Source: Phallusia mammillata (Eukaryota). From it: 64,000 nt of DNA. The notes below the pieces were generated by a model that was not told the origin of the DNA, ran no database searches, and was given only the letters and a program-made list of their open reading frames with translations. Shown piece after piece: positions 23,383-35,210 of the stretch. A program made the translations under genes and the position numbers. Position 1 is the stretch's first letter; the number at the start of each line of letters is the position of its first letter. Location of the stretch: positions 10,292,001 to 10,356,000 of the forward strand of contig OZ281495.1 in NCBI GenBank assembly GCA_965637545.1, read 5' to 3'.

Positions 23383-26300
23383 CTAGTTTAACGCGAAACG
23401 ATACACAACACCACACACGAGAACGACCAGTACAACTCCAAGGAAAGCATACATTTCCTGGTCGTGGGAATCTTGAATGGATCGTAGCATTTCCTCAATA
23501 TCAACGTATTGTACCCTTTTCCCATCATTTTCCTTCTGGAGCTCGGAGTTGGTGTGTTGAGAGGAGATGATGATTGGACCAGCAGAAAGCAGTTGTTTAT
23601 TTCCAGCGGTTGTTATCTCGCGACGACGGCGACGCTTTTTGTCACACTGAAATGAACGAAAGGCAATCAGTTTTCCTGACTAAACGCGTTGGTCACTTAA
23701 TTGATTAGCCCAAACACGTTTTTTTTTCGGATTTAAGTAATATTTAGCGTTATAAGTTGACATGCCGAAAGCAGATATTTCTACCACTTACAAAAGACAG
23801 CTTTTGTAGTTAGTTGTTCCAAATAAAAATGAATATTTTTCGATGCTCATCAGTATGACGTTATCGCTTACCTCATCCGGGCAAAGTCCTGCGTCAGTAT
23901 CACATATGGTGACGTCACAGTGCACGTACAATTCTTGTTCAGTGACGTTGGTCCACACAAAGGAACGAAATTTGAACTTTCCGTAGATTGGGTGACTGTT
24001 TCTCATCACCACAATTGCATTGGCAGGATCGTATGGGTTTGATGCAGGGCAGCTGAATAACAAAAAAACACAACGTTGTTGATTGCTCTTTTCTTTTTGA
24101 GCAGAATTAAATTTTAAATTGGTCTAATAAATGCTATGAGAATGTGAAAACGATGCGTTTAAATAAAAAAATTTGGTCCCCCCAAACTTTGTTGCCATCT
24201 GAAAAGTTGACAGGAATATTGCTAAAATAAATTATTTGCATTGTTTTCATGCAGACCTAGGTGACCTTACGATGTATGTGATTTCACTTTGATGAAGATA
24301 AACACAAATAAAAAAAGATACCTGGCGGTGATGATGGGATATATTGGGGTAGAAGTTGGTTCCATTCCCTCTGTAGCCCAACATGACGTCATCTGCAGCA
24401 ATCAAAACAAGATTTCTATCATTACAATTTTATAACTAAGCTACAAACAGGCAATGAAGAAATTATGTTACGTCGTTGTATTGGCAGACCCACTACACCT
24501 TACAACGTTTATTTAGCGTGCTCCGATGCAAAGTTGTAAGTTCGATAGCGCTAATCGAGTCTGACGCGGGCTTGACTTTGCACTCGACCTAATTTATGTC
24601 GCAAACGTTAAAACAACGAAATGAGAACTTACATCCACTTGAAAGTTGTCGGCGGAATCAGGGAGATCAGAAAGTTCCACTTTGGCGAAAACGTAGTCAG
24701 AAACCATAACTGTGTCGCCGTCGCTTAGTGATTCTTCAAGTGAATCGTCGCTGTACAAATCTAATGACACCTGAAATTCTCCTTCTGCTGGATCCGTGTC
24801 AAATCCAATTTTCCTGCATAAACACAAGACCCACTGAATTAGGAGCAAAAGTGTGGTTAATAATGTGCATAGCAGCTACAACTGTAATAAAACCTAGAAG
24901 TGAGGGTAAAATTGCATTTCAGCTAACGTGATATTGTGTGATATTTACATTATCTCGGGATTGATTTCGGATGAGCTGACTGTAACATTGGCATCAAACA
25001 CACAGGTCAAGTTGAGACAGTAGATCTTGTAGCGTTGAACGGAAGCCGATGGATCAAGACGTTTTTGATTCCATACGATGTACGTTAGTTTGATCAGACC
25101 GTCAGATTCCTAGATGTAGGTTAATTAGGCTACGGTGCATTAAACTAGCAAGCTAAATGTAATAAATTCCCGCCCGCAAAACATGCCACTTGTTACATCG
25201 CCATCGTACATATTATTATGTTTTCTATGTTTCCCGCCAGTAGGCTTAACTCACTTGTATGGCGCAATGTTGTGCAACCTGGTGACATTGTCTGTCACAC
25301 ATTTGGTGCTTATGATGTCACAACCTTGGCATTGTTTTACTGAAGTCCCAACTTGTAAGCGTGACTGCCTCGTGTTTATTAGCGACTGGATGTTATAGAG
25401 GCAGCATGCTTTATCTAATTGACCGGTTATGTTTGTTTCTTTGCTAACGAATAGGAAATTTGTGCTAACTGAACTGTTGCCGGTCGTCCAATGTGTAATT
25501 TGTGCATTTCTGGCCCACGGATCCCACCGTCGTCAGCCAACTTGCTGTTTGCTGTAAATAACTGTATTTTTCCGGTAAGCCTTGTTGCTTAAAGTCTCGC
25601 AGTTCGTTACTAATCTGTTTTGGTGATGTTTATTGAATTTGATGCTGTATTTGCAGAACCTAAAATCTCCTGATCGCTTTGAATGTTACTGTGACTCTGG
25701 TCCTATAATAGTTCGGTAAGAGTCAACTGTACTGATAATTTCTCGTCTGTTTCCTTAACTAAATTAGTGCATATTTGCAGAAACCGCATTTGCCTTTGTG
25801 CTCGTCTTGCTGCTGAACCCTTGAGCACCGTCTCTGTCCTGAATTGCCTTAATAAAAGAATTCGTTATTTTGGCTCTTGGTGCCTTGGAGTTGTTGAGCG
25901 CGAGGAAAGGCGCGTTGAGAACCGTTCTAGGAATTTAAGCGATCACCCCTGCTGTGCTGTCTGGGCGCATAGAGTCACGCCCTCTACCAATTAAAAGACA
26001 GCGCAACATAGTTTCGAACTAAAGGACGTTTCGAACTGAAGGACGTTTCAGAACCTTTGGACACTTGTAAGATCATATCTTATTCAATAGAATCAAGCTT
26101 GAAAATCTCTGCAATGGAAACTGGTAAATCCGTCACTCCTTCGCTTGATTTCTTTTCCATTGCTGATGCCCATGGAGGGGACAAGGTTTCCAGCTGCGCG
26201 TACGCCTGGAAACAAGCTTGTTGGCAATGTAAGGAATTAATGCTGAAGGCCAGAAATGTTGATCTCGTGAAAGGGTATATTCCGTTGGTTGAAACCATCT

Positions 26301-29300
26301 TCAACAATCTTATTGCCGCGTACGCCACCTTTGCTAATGATAACGAAACCATATCTCAAGCGCGAAAAGAATGCCAACAGGCTAAACGTGAACTCGATTT
26401 CCGTGTACAAGAATGGATAGTAAACGTCGAGAAATCTAAGGGTGACCACGAAACTCGTACAAGCTACTCGTCCAGCTCCAATCACGGTTCCGCAAGTATT
26501 CGAACGTCTGGTTCGACGGAAAGTTGCCGAAGGGCTGCTCGGGTGCGGCTGCGCGTGGCTCGCTTGTTGCGAAAGCAAGTTTACGAAGATGTAGCACTGA
26601 AGAAGCAACAAGTCGAGCATCAAGCTGCTATTGAGCAGCAGCAGGTCGCCCTCGAAGCCAAACCTGTCGTTTCTCTTGGAAACTGTTCTAGAGAGCCAGC
26701 ATACGTAACAACTAGATCACCCGCTGTGATCAAGACTCCGACGAAACATGTAAAGATGTCACTGCCGCATGTTCCGAAGATGGATGCAAAGCCAGTTCTT
26801 GCTCCTTCTGTCGGTCCACCTATCGATAGGTCACGCACCTGTTGCGACTCCTATCCTCCATACATGAACAAACCGCGTGCTTCTACCCCGCTTAAATGTG
26901 TACCTGACACTGATTTCGTACAACAGCAAATAGTCCTGCCTCAGCCGGCCATCAAGAAGTTCGACGGCGATCCGTTGAACTACTGGTCGTTTGTTCGTGC
27001 CATTGAGTCGCATGTTCATCGCAGAACAAAATCTGAAGAATCGCGACTTGTTTGCTTGCTTCAATACTGTGAAGATTCTGTTGCTGACAAACTCGAAATG
27101 TACAGCAAGGATACAGTCTCTGGGTATTCAAAGGCGCGTTCCCGACTGTATTATGATTATGGTCAGCCACACATTGTTGCCAATGCCTGCGAACGTCGCT
27201 TAAGGCTTTTCCCGCCCGTTAGACCCGATCGACCAAAGGAACTGATGGAGTTTTCTGATCTGCTTCTAAGATGCCGTAGCTCTCTGGAAGACATCCAAGA
27301 GTACGCGAGTTTGAATTCACTGGATATGTTGAAGCAATTGATCTGGAAACTTCCATTTGATCTTCAAAGGGAATGGGTGGAACGATCTTTCCAAGTGCTT
27401 GACGAGACCGGGAGACAAGCTGGATACCTTGCGTTTACAAGTTTCGTTGTGCGGTGCGCTCGTGTGGCCAATTCGCTGTTTGGAACAGAAGTGGTCTACG
27501 AGGCCGTGCGCGATAAACCGCGAATTGAAACAAGGAAAGGTTCAAGGGCCGCGGCATACAGCATCTCATTATCGAAGTTCGACAGGGCACGTTCTAAGAA
27601 TTCGCCAATTCTTGTTTCGTGTGTCTGTTGCAAGCAGTCACATGAATTGTCCGTGTGCCCGGAATTCGACAAAATGACACTGCTCAGGCGTCGTGAGTTT
27701 GTGCGCTCAAATAGCCTTTGTTTCAAATGTCTTTGTTCGGGTCATCGTTGTCGAAAATGTCCGATTCGGAAATCGTGCTCCGTTGAGGGTTGCGCTGGTA
27801 ACTTTCATCACACGAAGCTGCATGGAACCTTCAAGAGAAGGCCAGCTTTCAAAAATTCGAGAAATTCTGCCATGGTAACGACGAATGCGTCCGACAATAA
27901 CTGCGGGGTCTACCTCAATATCGTGGCGGTAAAGGTCAGACATAACGGGATTGAGGTACACACATATGCCTTTCTTGACCAAGGCTCTACTTCTACATTT
28001 TGTGAACAACGACTGATTGACAAACTCGGCTTGCAGCGTAAAGGTCGAAAAATCTGCTTGAGTACACTCACCGACAAATCCCGAGTGTATCAAGGTTCCA
28101 CGGTGTCCTTAACTGTCACGCCGTTTGAAGGTGGAGAACCTCTAAAGTTGAAAGAGGTTTTGTCCATTGACGAAATTCCTGTTTCGCCGAATTGTAATCC
28201 AGCACCGAGTGTTCTTCACGAGTTTTCACATCTTCAAGGTTGCAGCCTGCCCTGTTTGAAAGGAGGAACGGTCACCATCCTCATTGGCGCTGACGTTCCA
28301 TCTGCCTTTAACGTCCTGAGTACGTGCTCGGGTCCACAAGGTCCGTGTGCTGTAAAGACACCCCTTGGGTGGTCACTTTTTGGTCCCGAAGTTAGTTCGT
28401 CCGCTACGAACAAGACCGACGTCCGATGCATGAGAGTGGCCAAGGTTATGTACCAACAGGAAAGGAAAGGCAAATATAGCGACAGGAAACCAGTTCACGG
28501 TGCGCCTACATTTGGCAAGGAGCGAATCACTCTGGATTCAACAAAAAGGTCTGTCAAGCACCGCGATAAACGTTCAAAACTTCCGTTGTCACGGAAGGTT
28601 CGTGCAGAAACGCTGCAGGCTGGCCGCTCGATGGCTGGCAAGCGTCTCGTCAGTTTACACAGCGAAGGTTTCTGTGAAAAGGATGTTGATACGATGCAGA
28701 CTTACAATTCCAAGGGTCGTGCTGAAGAGGTTTCTACTCCCGGGCAATTTTTGTGTTTGCCGTTCAATTTGAATTCGAGTGAGAACAAGCTAGACAGGCG
28801 GCTTAACTGTTGTGCTAGGAGCCCAAAGGTCTGTCCTGATAATGCTGAAGTGCTGGGTCCTCACTTGGGTTGTGCTATGGAGCCTCCGAATGTTGACAGA
28901 ATTTGTTTTCATTTATGGCCTGATGGAAATTCATGCTGCTCTCCGACGCCTCATGGGATGAAAGTGCCCATGTTTGGGTCCTGGTTGTGTGATCTGCGAT
29001 CGTCTCGTGATGACGACATTGTTCCACTGATCGATGATTCCCGTTGCCACTTCAGTGAGAAGCTAATCTTTCGTGCCAATCCTGGTGGATTTCGAGGAGT
29101 TAATATCGAGCTCGCACTGGCGAGCGGCGGTACGCTCCGGTGTCCGGTTAAAGGACTTGACCACATTATTGATTCTGATGAGAGTTCGGCATCAGCCCCT
29201 CCGAGTGATTGCAGCCCAGACTTCTGGGATGAACGCCGAGTTGACTGTGCGGTGCGCTGGTGTTGAGGACTGTCCGACGTTGTTTTTGCCGCATTGCGAT

Positions 29301-32300
29301 GCGCGCGCGATTGGCGATGTTGTGTTTGAAAATGTGTCCCGCATTTTGTGGGGGAGTGTTACATCGCCATCGTACATATTATTATGTTTTCTATGTTTCC
29401 CGCCAGTAGGCTTAACTCACTTGTATGGCGCAATGTTGTGCAACCTGGTGACATTGTCTGTCACACATTTGGTGCTTATGATGTCACAACCTTGGCATTG
29501 TTTTACTGAAGTCCCAACTTGTAAGCGTGACTGCCTCGTGTTTATTAGCGACTGGATGTTATAGAGGCAGCATGCTTTATCTAATTGACCGGTTATGTTT
29601 GTTTCTTTGCTAACGAATAGGAAATTTGTGCTAACTGAACTGTTGCCGGTCGTCCAATGTGTAATTTGTGCATTTCTGGCCCACGGATCCCACCGTCGTC
29701 AGCCAACTTGCTGTTTGCTGTAAATAACTGTATTTTTCCGGTAAGCCTTGTTGCTTAAAGTCTCGCAGTTCGTTACTAATCTGTTTTGGTGATGTTTATT
29801 GAATTTGATGCTGTATTTGCAGAACCTAAAATCTCCTGATCGCTTTGAATGTTACTGTGACTCTGGTCCTATAATAGTTCGGTAAGAGTCAACTGTACTG
29901 ATAATTTCTCGTCTGTTTCCTTAACTAAATTAGTGCATATTTGCAGAAACCGCATTTGCCTTTGTGCTCGTCTTGCTGCTGAACCCTTGAGCACCGTCTC
30001 TGTCCTGAATTGCCTTAATAAAAGAATTCGTTATTTTGGCTCTTGGTGCCTTGGAGTTGTTGAGCGCGAGGAAAGGCGCGTTGAGAACCGTTCTAGGAAT
30101 TTAAGCGATCACCCCTGCTGTGCTGTCTGGGCGCATAGAGTCACGCCCTCTACCAATTAAAAGACAGCGCAACACCACTAATAAATGTACAGACTAACAG
30201 TATCAATTTGTTTTCGAAAAATCCGGGTCTGAAAGTGTAATTTGGCACATGGCGAGAAAGTTGATGTTTTCGATGCTTCTGTTTCTGTTTATTGACATGT
30301 AGGTCACAGTAGGGTAACAACTTTTGAATGTTTAAAAAGTTTTATGGTTTTAACCAATTTACTTAATTTTTTGTAGATTTCAAATAATTTATTTTTTTGA
30401 AAGCACATTTCTTTGTTTTTAAGGTTTAAACCAACACGACTTACCGATGCTACTGGGACGCATTGAGTAATGTTGAAAACAAAATATGGATGTTGAGTAT
30501 TTGTCACACAACTCGGATCAACGTCTTCAGGCTTAACATTCTCGTTGGGCGCGATGTACAAGATGTCAAATTCTTCGGCGTTCAACTTGTTTAGATTCTT
30601 TTCGTCAAGGCTATAATACAAAACAAGGTTTATGTGCAAAAAAGAAAGATAATTCTCTCACGCCACTCTAAATTGCATTGTTAACACTACAGAAAAACTG
30701 GCAACGTTTCACACGAGACATGCAACTGTACTTAAAGTAGAAATGTACCGAATATTCGGTTTTCCGAATTTTTTAAGCAAAGCGTTGATTTTGTACAAGG
30801 TAGATTGATTAAGCAACGATGTCACATTGGTAACAATTTTTATTTTTTAGATGGACTCCTAACAATGTTTAGGTGATTTGGTTGCACGGAAGCACAACAA
30901 GAAAACCTGATGTAGTTTTAACTAACAACATATTGACATCAGACTATTGGCATTTGGCAAAACAACTGCACAACGTTGTTCAAAACACACTCAAAATCTG
31001 CTTACTTGATAACCGTTGTTTCTCCACATTCAATTTGGGCAGGAGGAGGGGGAGGGGGAGGTGGTGGACAAGCTGCAAATCAACAACAGATAATAAGCGT
31101 TGCGCAGTCCTACATATTTTACACAAGCATCAACATGACATCGTGGCGATTTGACGGCAGACGTATATGATGAATTTGTATTTGTTGCACGGCAGACGTA
31201 TTTTGACGGCAGACGTATATGAAGAATTTGTATTTGTTGCACACATAACGAAACAACAGTCAGATCACACTTACTTCTCTCCACGTCAACATGAAGGTAA
31301 GTGTTAGAAGCCCCCGGTTGACTTTTGCTAGCATACATAAGTTGTACTTTGTCACCTCCAATGACCCAGGATTGGGAAAAATTAAACGCCCCGTTATAGG
31401 TTCCATACCTTGTTTGGGACCCAGTTTTACCCAAAGCATCCTCATCCCAGTTTATCTAAAAGGTCAGGAGCTATTTACATTGAATAACGTGAATGTATCT
31501 GAAATAGGATCGTTTTATAAATACATGAAATGGTGAATGTTAACACAGTTTAATTACTAAAACTTGTTGAATTATCCATCCGTTTGTCGGAGTGGTTCGT
31601 AACCGGGGATTAATTACTTATAAAGAGCAATTTGTATTTTTAGAGGTAATTTTCTATTTGTTATTTTCGTGACGTCATCCTCCAGTGACGTCTTAGTTTG
31701 TAGATTGTAGTAACGATAATAAAAAAGTTCGGAACCATCGGCCTTCGTAACACAATTCTAAGCAAGATATCCCTTACGAAAAGATAGTCTGCCGCTGAAA
31801 AGACCATGTCCAGGTTGAACTGAAAAGTACATCCGACCTCAGCCTCAAACTTCCAAACGCAAAATAAGCCGGGTGTTAGTGGTGGGCCTCTTTCAATTCT
31901 AGTAAAATCTTCATTGTACGTTTCCCCACAATCTTCCGTCGCTACAAACAAGTTGCGAAGTTGAACTTATCTTAGTTTATATTACAGGACCGCTAGTTTC
32001 AGAACGTTAAGCAAAACCTGATTTTTTCGCATGGCAATTGCCAAATCAAAGTTTATTTTTATTTAAAGATGAAAAAATTATCCGTACCCAAACATACGTC
32101 TTTAGATTCTAAAAATGTGCAAATTCTGTTCAATTAAAAAACTGTAAAAAATGCGCGTTTTTGTAGGTCATACATGCTTGGTGTCTCCAATCTAATGGAA
32201 AAGCAGCAGTGTTGATGCAGGTAAGAAATAAGTTGAAACCTGATGAACGCACACCACCGGTCTCTGTACCAACGTTAATAAAAGTGCCAAGCAACGTTGC

Positions 32301-33064
32301 AGTGTCATCCATTCCGTCAAAAACCTGTTCAGGCAAAATAAAATTAAAAGATAACAAATTTAAAACATTCAATATCGGCAAAAATTGTCCGACCTTTTAT
32401 GCCGAAGAAAGCCAATAAAGTCACATACTTTGAAATGCATTTCCGTAAGGTTTTACAATACATTTTGTCCTAATTTTAAGCTTACAAGTTAATAAAGAAA
32501 CAAACTTATTTCGTTGAAAAGCATCTTCAAAGGGTAATAGAAGACATTAGAATTAGAAAAGGCTAAATTCTTTTTCAATGAAATAAGCATTAAATTGTTC
32601 CTTACTAGATTGTCAACTGATTTTGACCCGAAAATAAACATTCCCCAACTTGTGATATAATCACCAAAACTTGGAAATTATTGCAAGAATGATAATAGAA
32701 CAGGGAAAGAATCAATTTATCAGGATTTAAGATGTTTTTTTTAACAAACAAATACGCATTACTTAATTTCAAATGCAGTATCTATGTTTACCTGGCATTG
32801 GTCCCCAATGAAGCCGTTAGCCAGATAAATGGACGTACGAAACATACTTGAGATTATTACTGAAGCAAAATTGCAATTGGCGTCAATTACAATTTGTCCG
32901 CCACCGCTGGTGTCACGTGGAGCAGCTCCACAAAATCCATCAACTGAAATCGACGTAAAATAGATACCACACGTTTTATGAAACAAATTAATTTTACTCT
33001 TACCTTGACCTATTGTCAGGAAAACCAGCACAAAAAACAAATGACCCCACGCTGTAAAATCCAT
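23383..33064 (-). CDS. CUB-CUB-ZP transmembrane protein, unit U2, full length, 599 aa (CUZD1-like architecture)
   Basis: Exons A 33004-33064, B 32792-32943, C 32174-32324, D 31778-31941, E 31275-31455, F 31006-31072, G 30445-30610, H 24949-25109, I 24633-24813, J 24322-24392, K 23872-24052, L 23383-23646; 1800 nt, all phases compatible. Signal MDFTAWGHLFFVLVFLTIGQG; CUB-like VFDG..LLGTF..VRSSG and CGETY..FCVWKF; ZP-C motifs CWAT, CPAS, FKFRSF, LYVHCDVTIC; KKRRRRR; EHP LLSAGPIII; TM. The CUB call is less certain than the ZP call. Confidence 0.9.
25191..30174 (+). mobile_element. Non-autonomous BEL/Pao element in U2 intron G/H, antisense to the host gene
   Basis: 818-bp LTRs 25191-26008 and 29357-30174 (TG...CA, no differences seen); TSD CCACT (25186-25190 and 30175-30179); PPT GTGGGGGAG; empty site AAAACATGCCACTAATAAATG in U1 near 14943. 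Confidence 0.96.
26057..29266 (+). CDS. BEL gag-protease ORF with vestigial RT and integrase-tail fragments (1069 aa)
   Basis: PAIKKFDGDPLNY gag motif, three Cys/His knuckles, AFLDQGSTSTF protease. Downstream there is no YxDD, RNase H or DDE motif, only eroded pieces such as DRICFHLWPDGN and GTLRCPVKGL. Confidence 0.9.
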   Translation: MDTCKIISYSIESSLKISAMETGKSVTPSLDFFSIADAHGGDKVSSCAYAWKQACWQCKELMLKARNVDLVKGYIPLVETIFNNLIAAYATFANDNETISQARKECQQAKRELDFRVQEWIVNVEKSKGDHETRTSYSSSSNHGSASIRTSGSTESCRRAARVRLRVARLLRKQVYEDVALKKQQVEHQAAIEQQQVALEAKPVVSLGNCSREPAYVTTRSPAVIKTPTKHVKMSLPHVPKMDAKPVLAPSVGPPIDRSRTCCDSYPPYMNKPRASTPLKCVPDTDFVQQQIVLPQPAIKKFDGDPLNYWSFVRAIESHVHRRTKSEESRLVCLLQYCEDSVADKLEMYSKDTVSGYSKARSRLYYDYGQPHIVANACERRLRLFPPVRPDRPKELMEFSDLLLRCRSSLEDIQEYASLNSLDMLKQLIWKLPFDLQREWVERSFQVLDETGRQAGYLAFTSFVVRCARVANSLFGTEVVYEAVRDKPRIETRKGSRAAAYSISLSKFDRARSKNSPILVSCVCCKQSHELSVCPEFDKMTLLRRREFVRSNSLCFKCLCSGHRCRKCPIRKSCSVEGCAGNFHHTKLHGTFKRRPAFKNSRNSAMVTTNASDNNCGVYLNIVAVKVRHNGIEVHTYAFLDQGSTSTFCEQRLIDKLGLQRKGRKICLSTLTDKSRVYQGSTVSLTVTPFEGGEPLKLKEVLSIDEIPVSPNCNPAPSVLHEFSHLQGCSLPCLKGGTVTILIGADVPSAFNVLSTCSGPQGPCAVKTPLGWSLFGPEVSSSATNKTDVRCMRVAKVMYQQERKGKYSDRKPVHGAPTFGKERITLDSTKRSVKHRDKRSKLPLSRKVRAETLQAGRSMAGKRLVSLHSEGFCEKDVDTMQTYNSKGRAEEVSTPGQFLCLPFNLNSSENKLDRRLNCCARSPKVCPDNAEVLGPHLGCAMEPPNVDRICFHLWPDGNSCCSPTPHGMKVPMFGSWLCDLRSSRDDDIVPLIDDSRCHFSEKLIFRANPGGFRGVNIELALASGGTLRCPVKGLDHIIDSDESSASAPPSDCSPDFWDERRVDCAVRWC

Positions 33065-34807
33065 CGTAAAACTACTTGCTAAATGATTGAGACCCAACAA
33101 AATTAAGATCCGACTATTCTGTAAACGACCTCAGGTAGTAGCCTAATGAACACCCTTTATTGGGATCTGTATGCTTTATGTTACATTAACAGTGTTTCGC
33201 AAAGGCAGAAGGGATAGAGGATGCGTTTGGATTAGTCATTTGTCGGTTTGGCATGGATTGTTTTGCACTAAGGCTTTGATTACCATACCAACGATATGGT
33301 TATTTTTAAACTGCGCTCTGGGCTAAAAAAATGTGAGAAAAATTTCCTAATCAATTTAAATTCAAAAGAATTTTGTTCAATCACACGCAGAGTAAAACAG
33401 GCGAATAGCTCATTTGGCTGGATTCAAAAACTCCAACAAATCTAATAGCAATTGGGATGGCATTTTCGAGATAAACGACTGGAATACGTCAGTCAGTTTT
33501 GTAGTTTAATGCATACGGCTTTCGAGGTTTCGAGTTTATACCAAACAACACGGTGGAATTATATCAAGCCTAATCATATATTGCTACACGAGCAACCCAA
33601 GCTTTGAATATCCTGTTTTCTGCTATGGTTCTAGCTACTGATGAAGCCGTTCCAGGTAAACACTATGGACGGAAATATCAGATTATTCATCCTTTTCACA
33701 ACACAAACCATTCTGTTTACTGCAATGCTTCTGCCAGCATGCGAACCTTCTGGCATTTTTGTCTTTGTGCACAAATACCGTTTAGGGAAACATGGTAACG
33801 TTTAGCAACTGAAATAAGGGAACGCGAACCCCGGTTTAGAAAACGGAACGTTATATCGATGGTAATACCACCCTGTGAATGATAGCAATGGTGTTGTGTG
33901 CACTATATGGTCTTGTTACTCTGCTGCCTTATGCAGTATAGTTCAAAGCTGCCCGGGAATGTTTTTCGGCAAAAACGTAAATCTACATGTTTTAAAATTC
34001 ATATTACATCAGTGTGTTTTGACCTTAGTATAGCTGCGGCCCGAAACAAACCACACTATGAAGGGTTATTTCGTATTTGGAGAGTTGTAAGCGGGTCCGT
34101 TGTGTCCCAAATTGGGCTCAAAAGTCAGATTACGTAACGTGATATTACTTTACAAATGTTAATATAGGTCCTGATTCAAATTAGACATTCCCGAATCCAA
34201 ATCCCTTACAATTCTAATCCATGTGCATAAAACTAATCATGACAAGTAATGAGAGGTATTAACCGGGTTTGCTGTCTTACGCAATACATACGCCGGTTGC
34301 AGAAGCCTTTTCGAGCACAATGGTTGTGTAGTAAAGCAGAAAACATCAGAATTAGTCATCTATTGCAATGCAAACCAATTGAGCGCTACCGAATTTCCTG
34401 TTTTTTGACGGAACGAAGCGAGCCGCGAACTGAGCGCTTGTGTTCACCTTATAGGTTGCTGACATCATTCCTTTTGCGATAAGCTACACCAAAATGTAGC
34501 AGTTAACATTCCATTTTGGCATACACTTAAACCAAGGCTCTGCGACCCTTTATAGTTAATATGATAAACAGTGCAAAAATATGCATTTCTTGTATTTATT
34601 ACAGGCTTATTTCGAGCGTGAAATAAAAACAAAAAAGCAAACATTTATTTCGTGTGATGGGTGCGACTGCTTTCTGCTACCAAGCAAGTCCAGCAGTGGC
34701 TCAATATTTGTTAATTCTGGTCTTAAAGCTGTTTCTAGGTTGCTTAAAGCTGGAACGGTATTTTGTTTTGATTGCTGTCAACGTTGAAAACGCTGACTTC
34801 AGAGAAT

Positions 34808-35101
34808 GGTAGTAGCTCACTGACGCGGTGCCTCCTAGGAGGTCCAAAAGTGCTTAATTTTCGATAGGTGGCGCAAAGAGCTGAACTATTTATTTAGCGG
34901 CTAAAGAGGGTTGGTTTAGGATGCAAGTGTTTAAAAATTTTACATTAGTAACTGATTTTTTTATTAGTTTTATTGAATTTTAAATGCTAATACCTTACCC
35001 CGACCCTAATAGCCCTAACCGTTAGCATTTTTTGAGATATACCGTTTTAAAAATTAAGCACTTTTGGATCTCCTGTGAGGCACCGCGTCAGTAGCTCTAC
35101 C
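34808..35101. mobile_element. 294-bp MITE with ~50-bp imperfect TIRs and a 9-bp TSD (Merlin- or MULE-like)
   Basis: Left GGTAGTAGCTCACTGACGCGGTGCCTC...AAGTGCTTAATTT with its inverse at the right end; TSD TCAGAGAAT (34799-34807 and 35102-35110); single TCAGAGAAT at the paralogous site near 22728. Confidence 0.88.
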
Positions 35102-35115
35102 TCAGAGAATATGCT

Positions 35116-35210
35116 GGGAGGGATGACAGCAGCCTACACGTGGCCCCTCCTGTTAAGGCATTAAGTCCTCTGCGCAAAGACGACCTCTAATGCCGAACAG
35201 ATGCTGTCAT
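35116..35210 (+). ncRNA. HDV-like self-cleaving ribozyme at the LINE 5' end
   Basis: P1 GGGAGGG (35116-22) / CCCTCCT (35145-51) with G1-U wobble; P2 ATGACAGCA (35123-31) / TGCTGTCAT (35202-10); P3 GCC/GGC with 7-nt L3 TACACGT; P1.1 AC/GT (35136-37 / 35152-53); P4 GGCATTA/TAATGCC; J4/2 C-A-G-A with candidate catalytic C35198. Activity is inferred. Confidence 0.88.

Noticed and set aside
24245-24305. Possible plus-strand 19-nt mini-exon (CAG|ACCTAGGTGACCTTACGAT|GTA) shared with 63870-63925
   Set aside because: Present only in U2 and U6, whose whole intron is similar. No partner exons were found, so shared ancestry suffices.
30976-31170. Poly-Gly ORF (and its copy at 38331-38525)
   Set aside because: It is the antisense reading of the polyproline hinge exon F.
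31150-31250. Local ~52-bp duplication in U2 intron E/F; similar short tandems at 15450-15490 and 56400-56450
   Set aside because: Ordinary slippage duplications with no sign of function.
23383-33064. Assigning the gene symbol CUZD1, DMBT1 or a vitelline-coat gene name
   Set aside because: The domain architecture resembles CUZD1, but orthology cannot be shown without a phylogeny, and no SRCR or EGF repeats are present.
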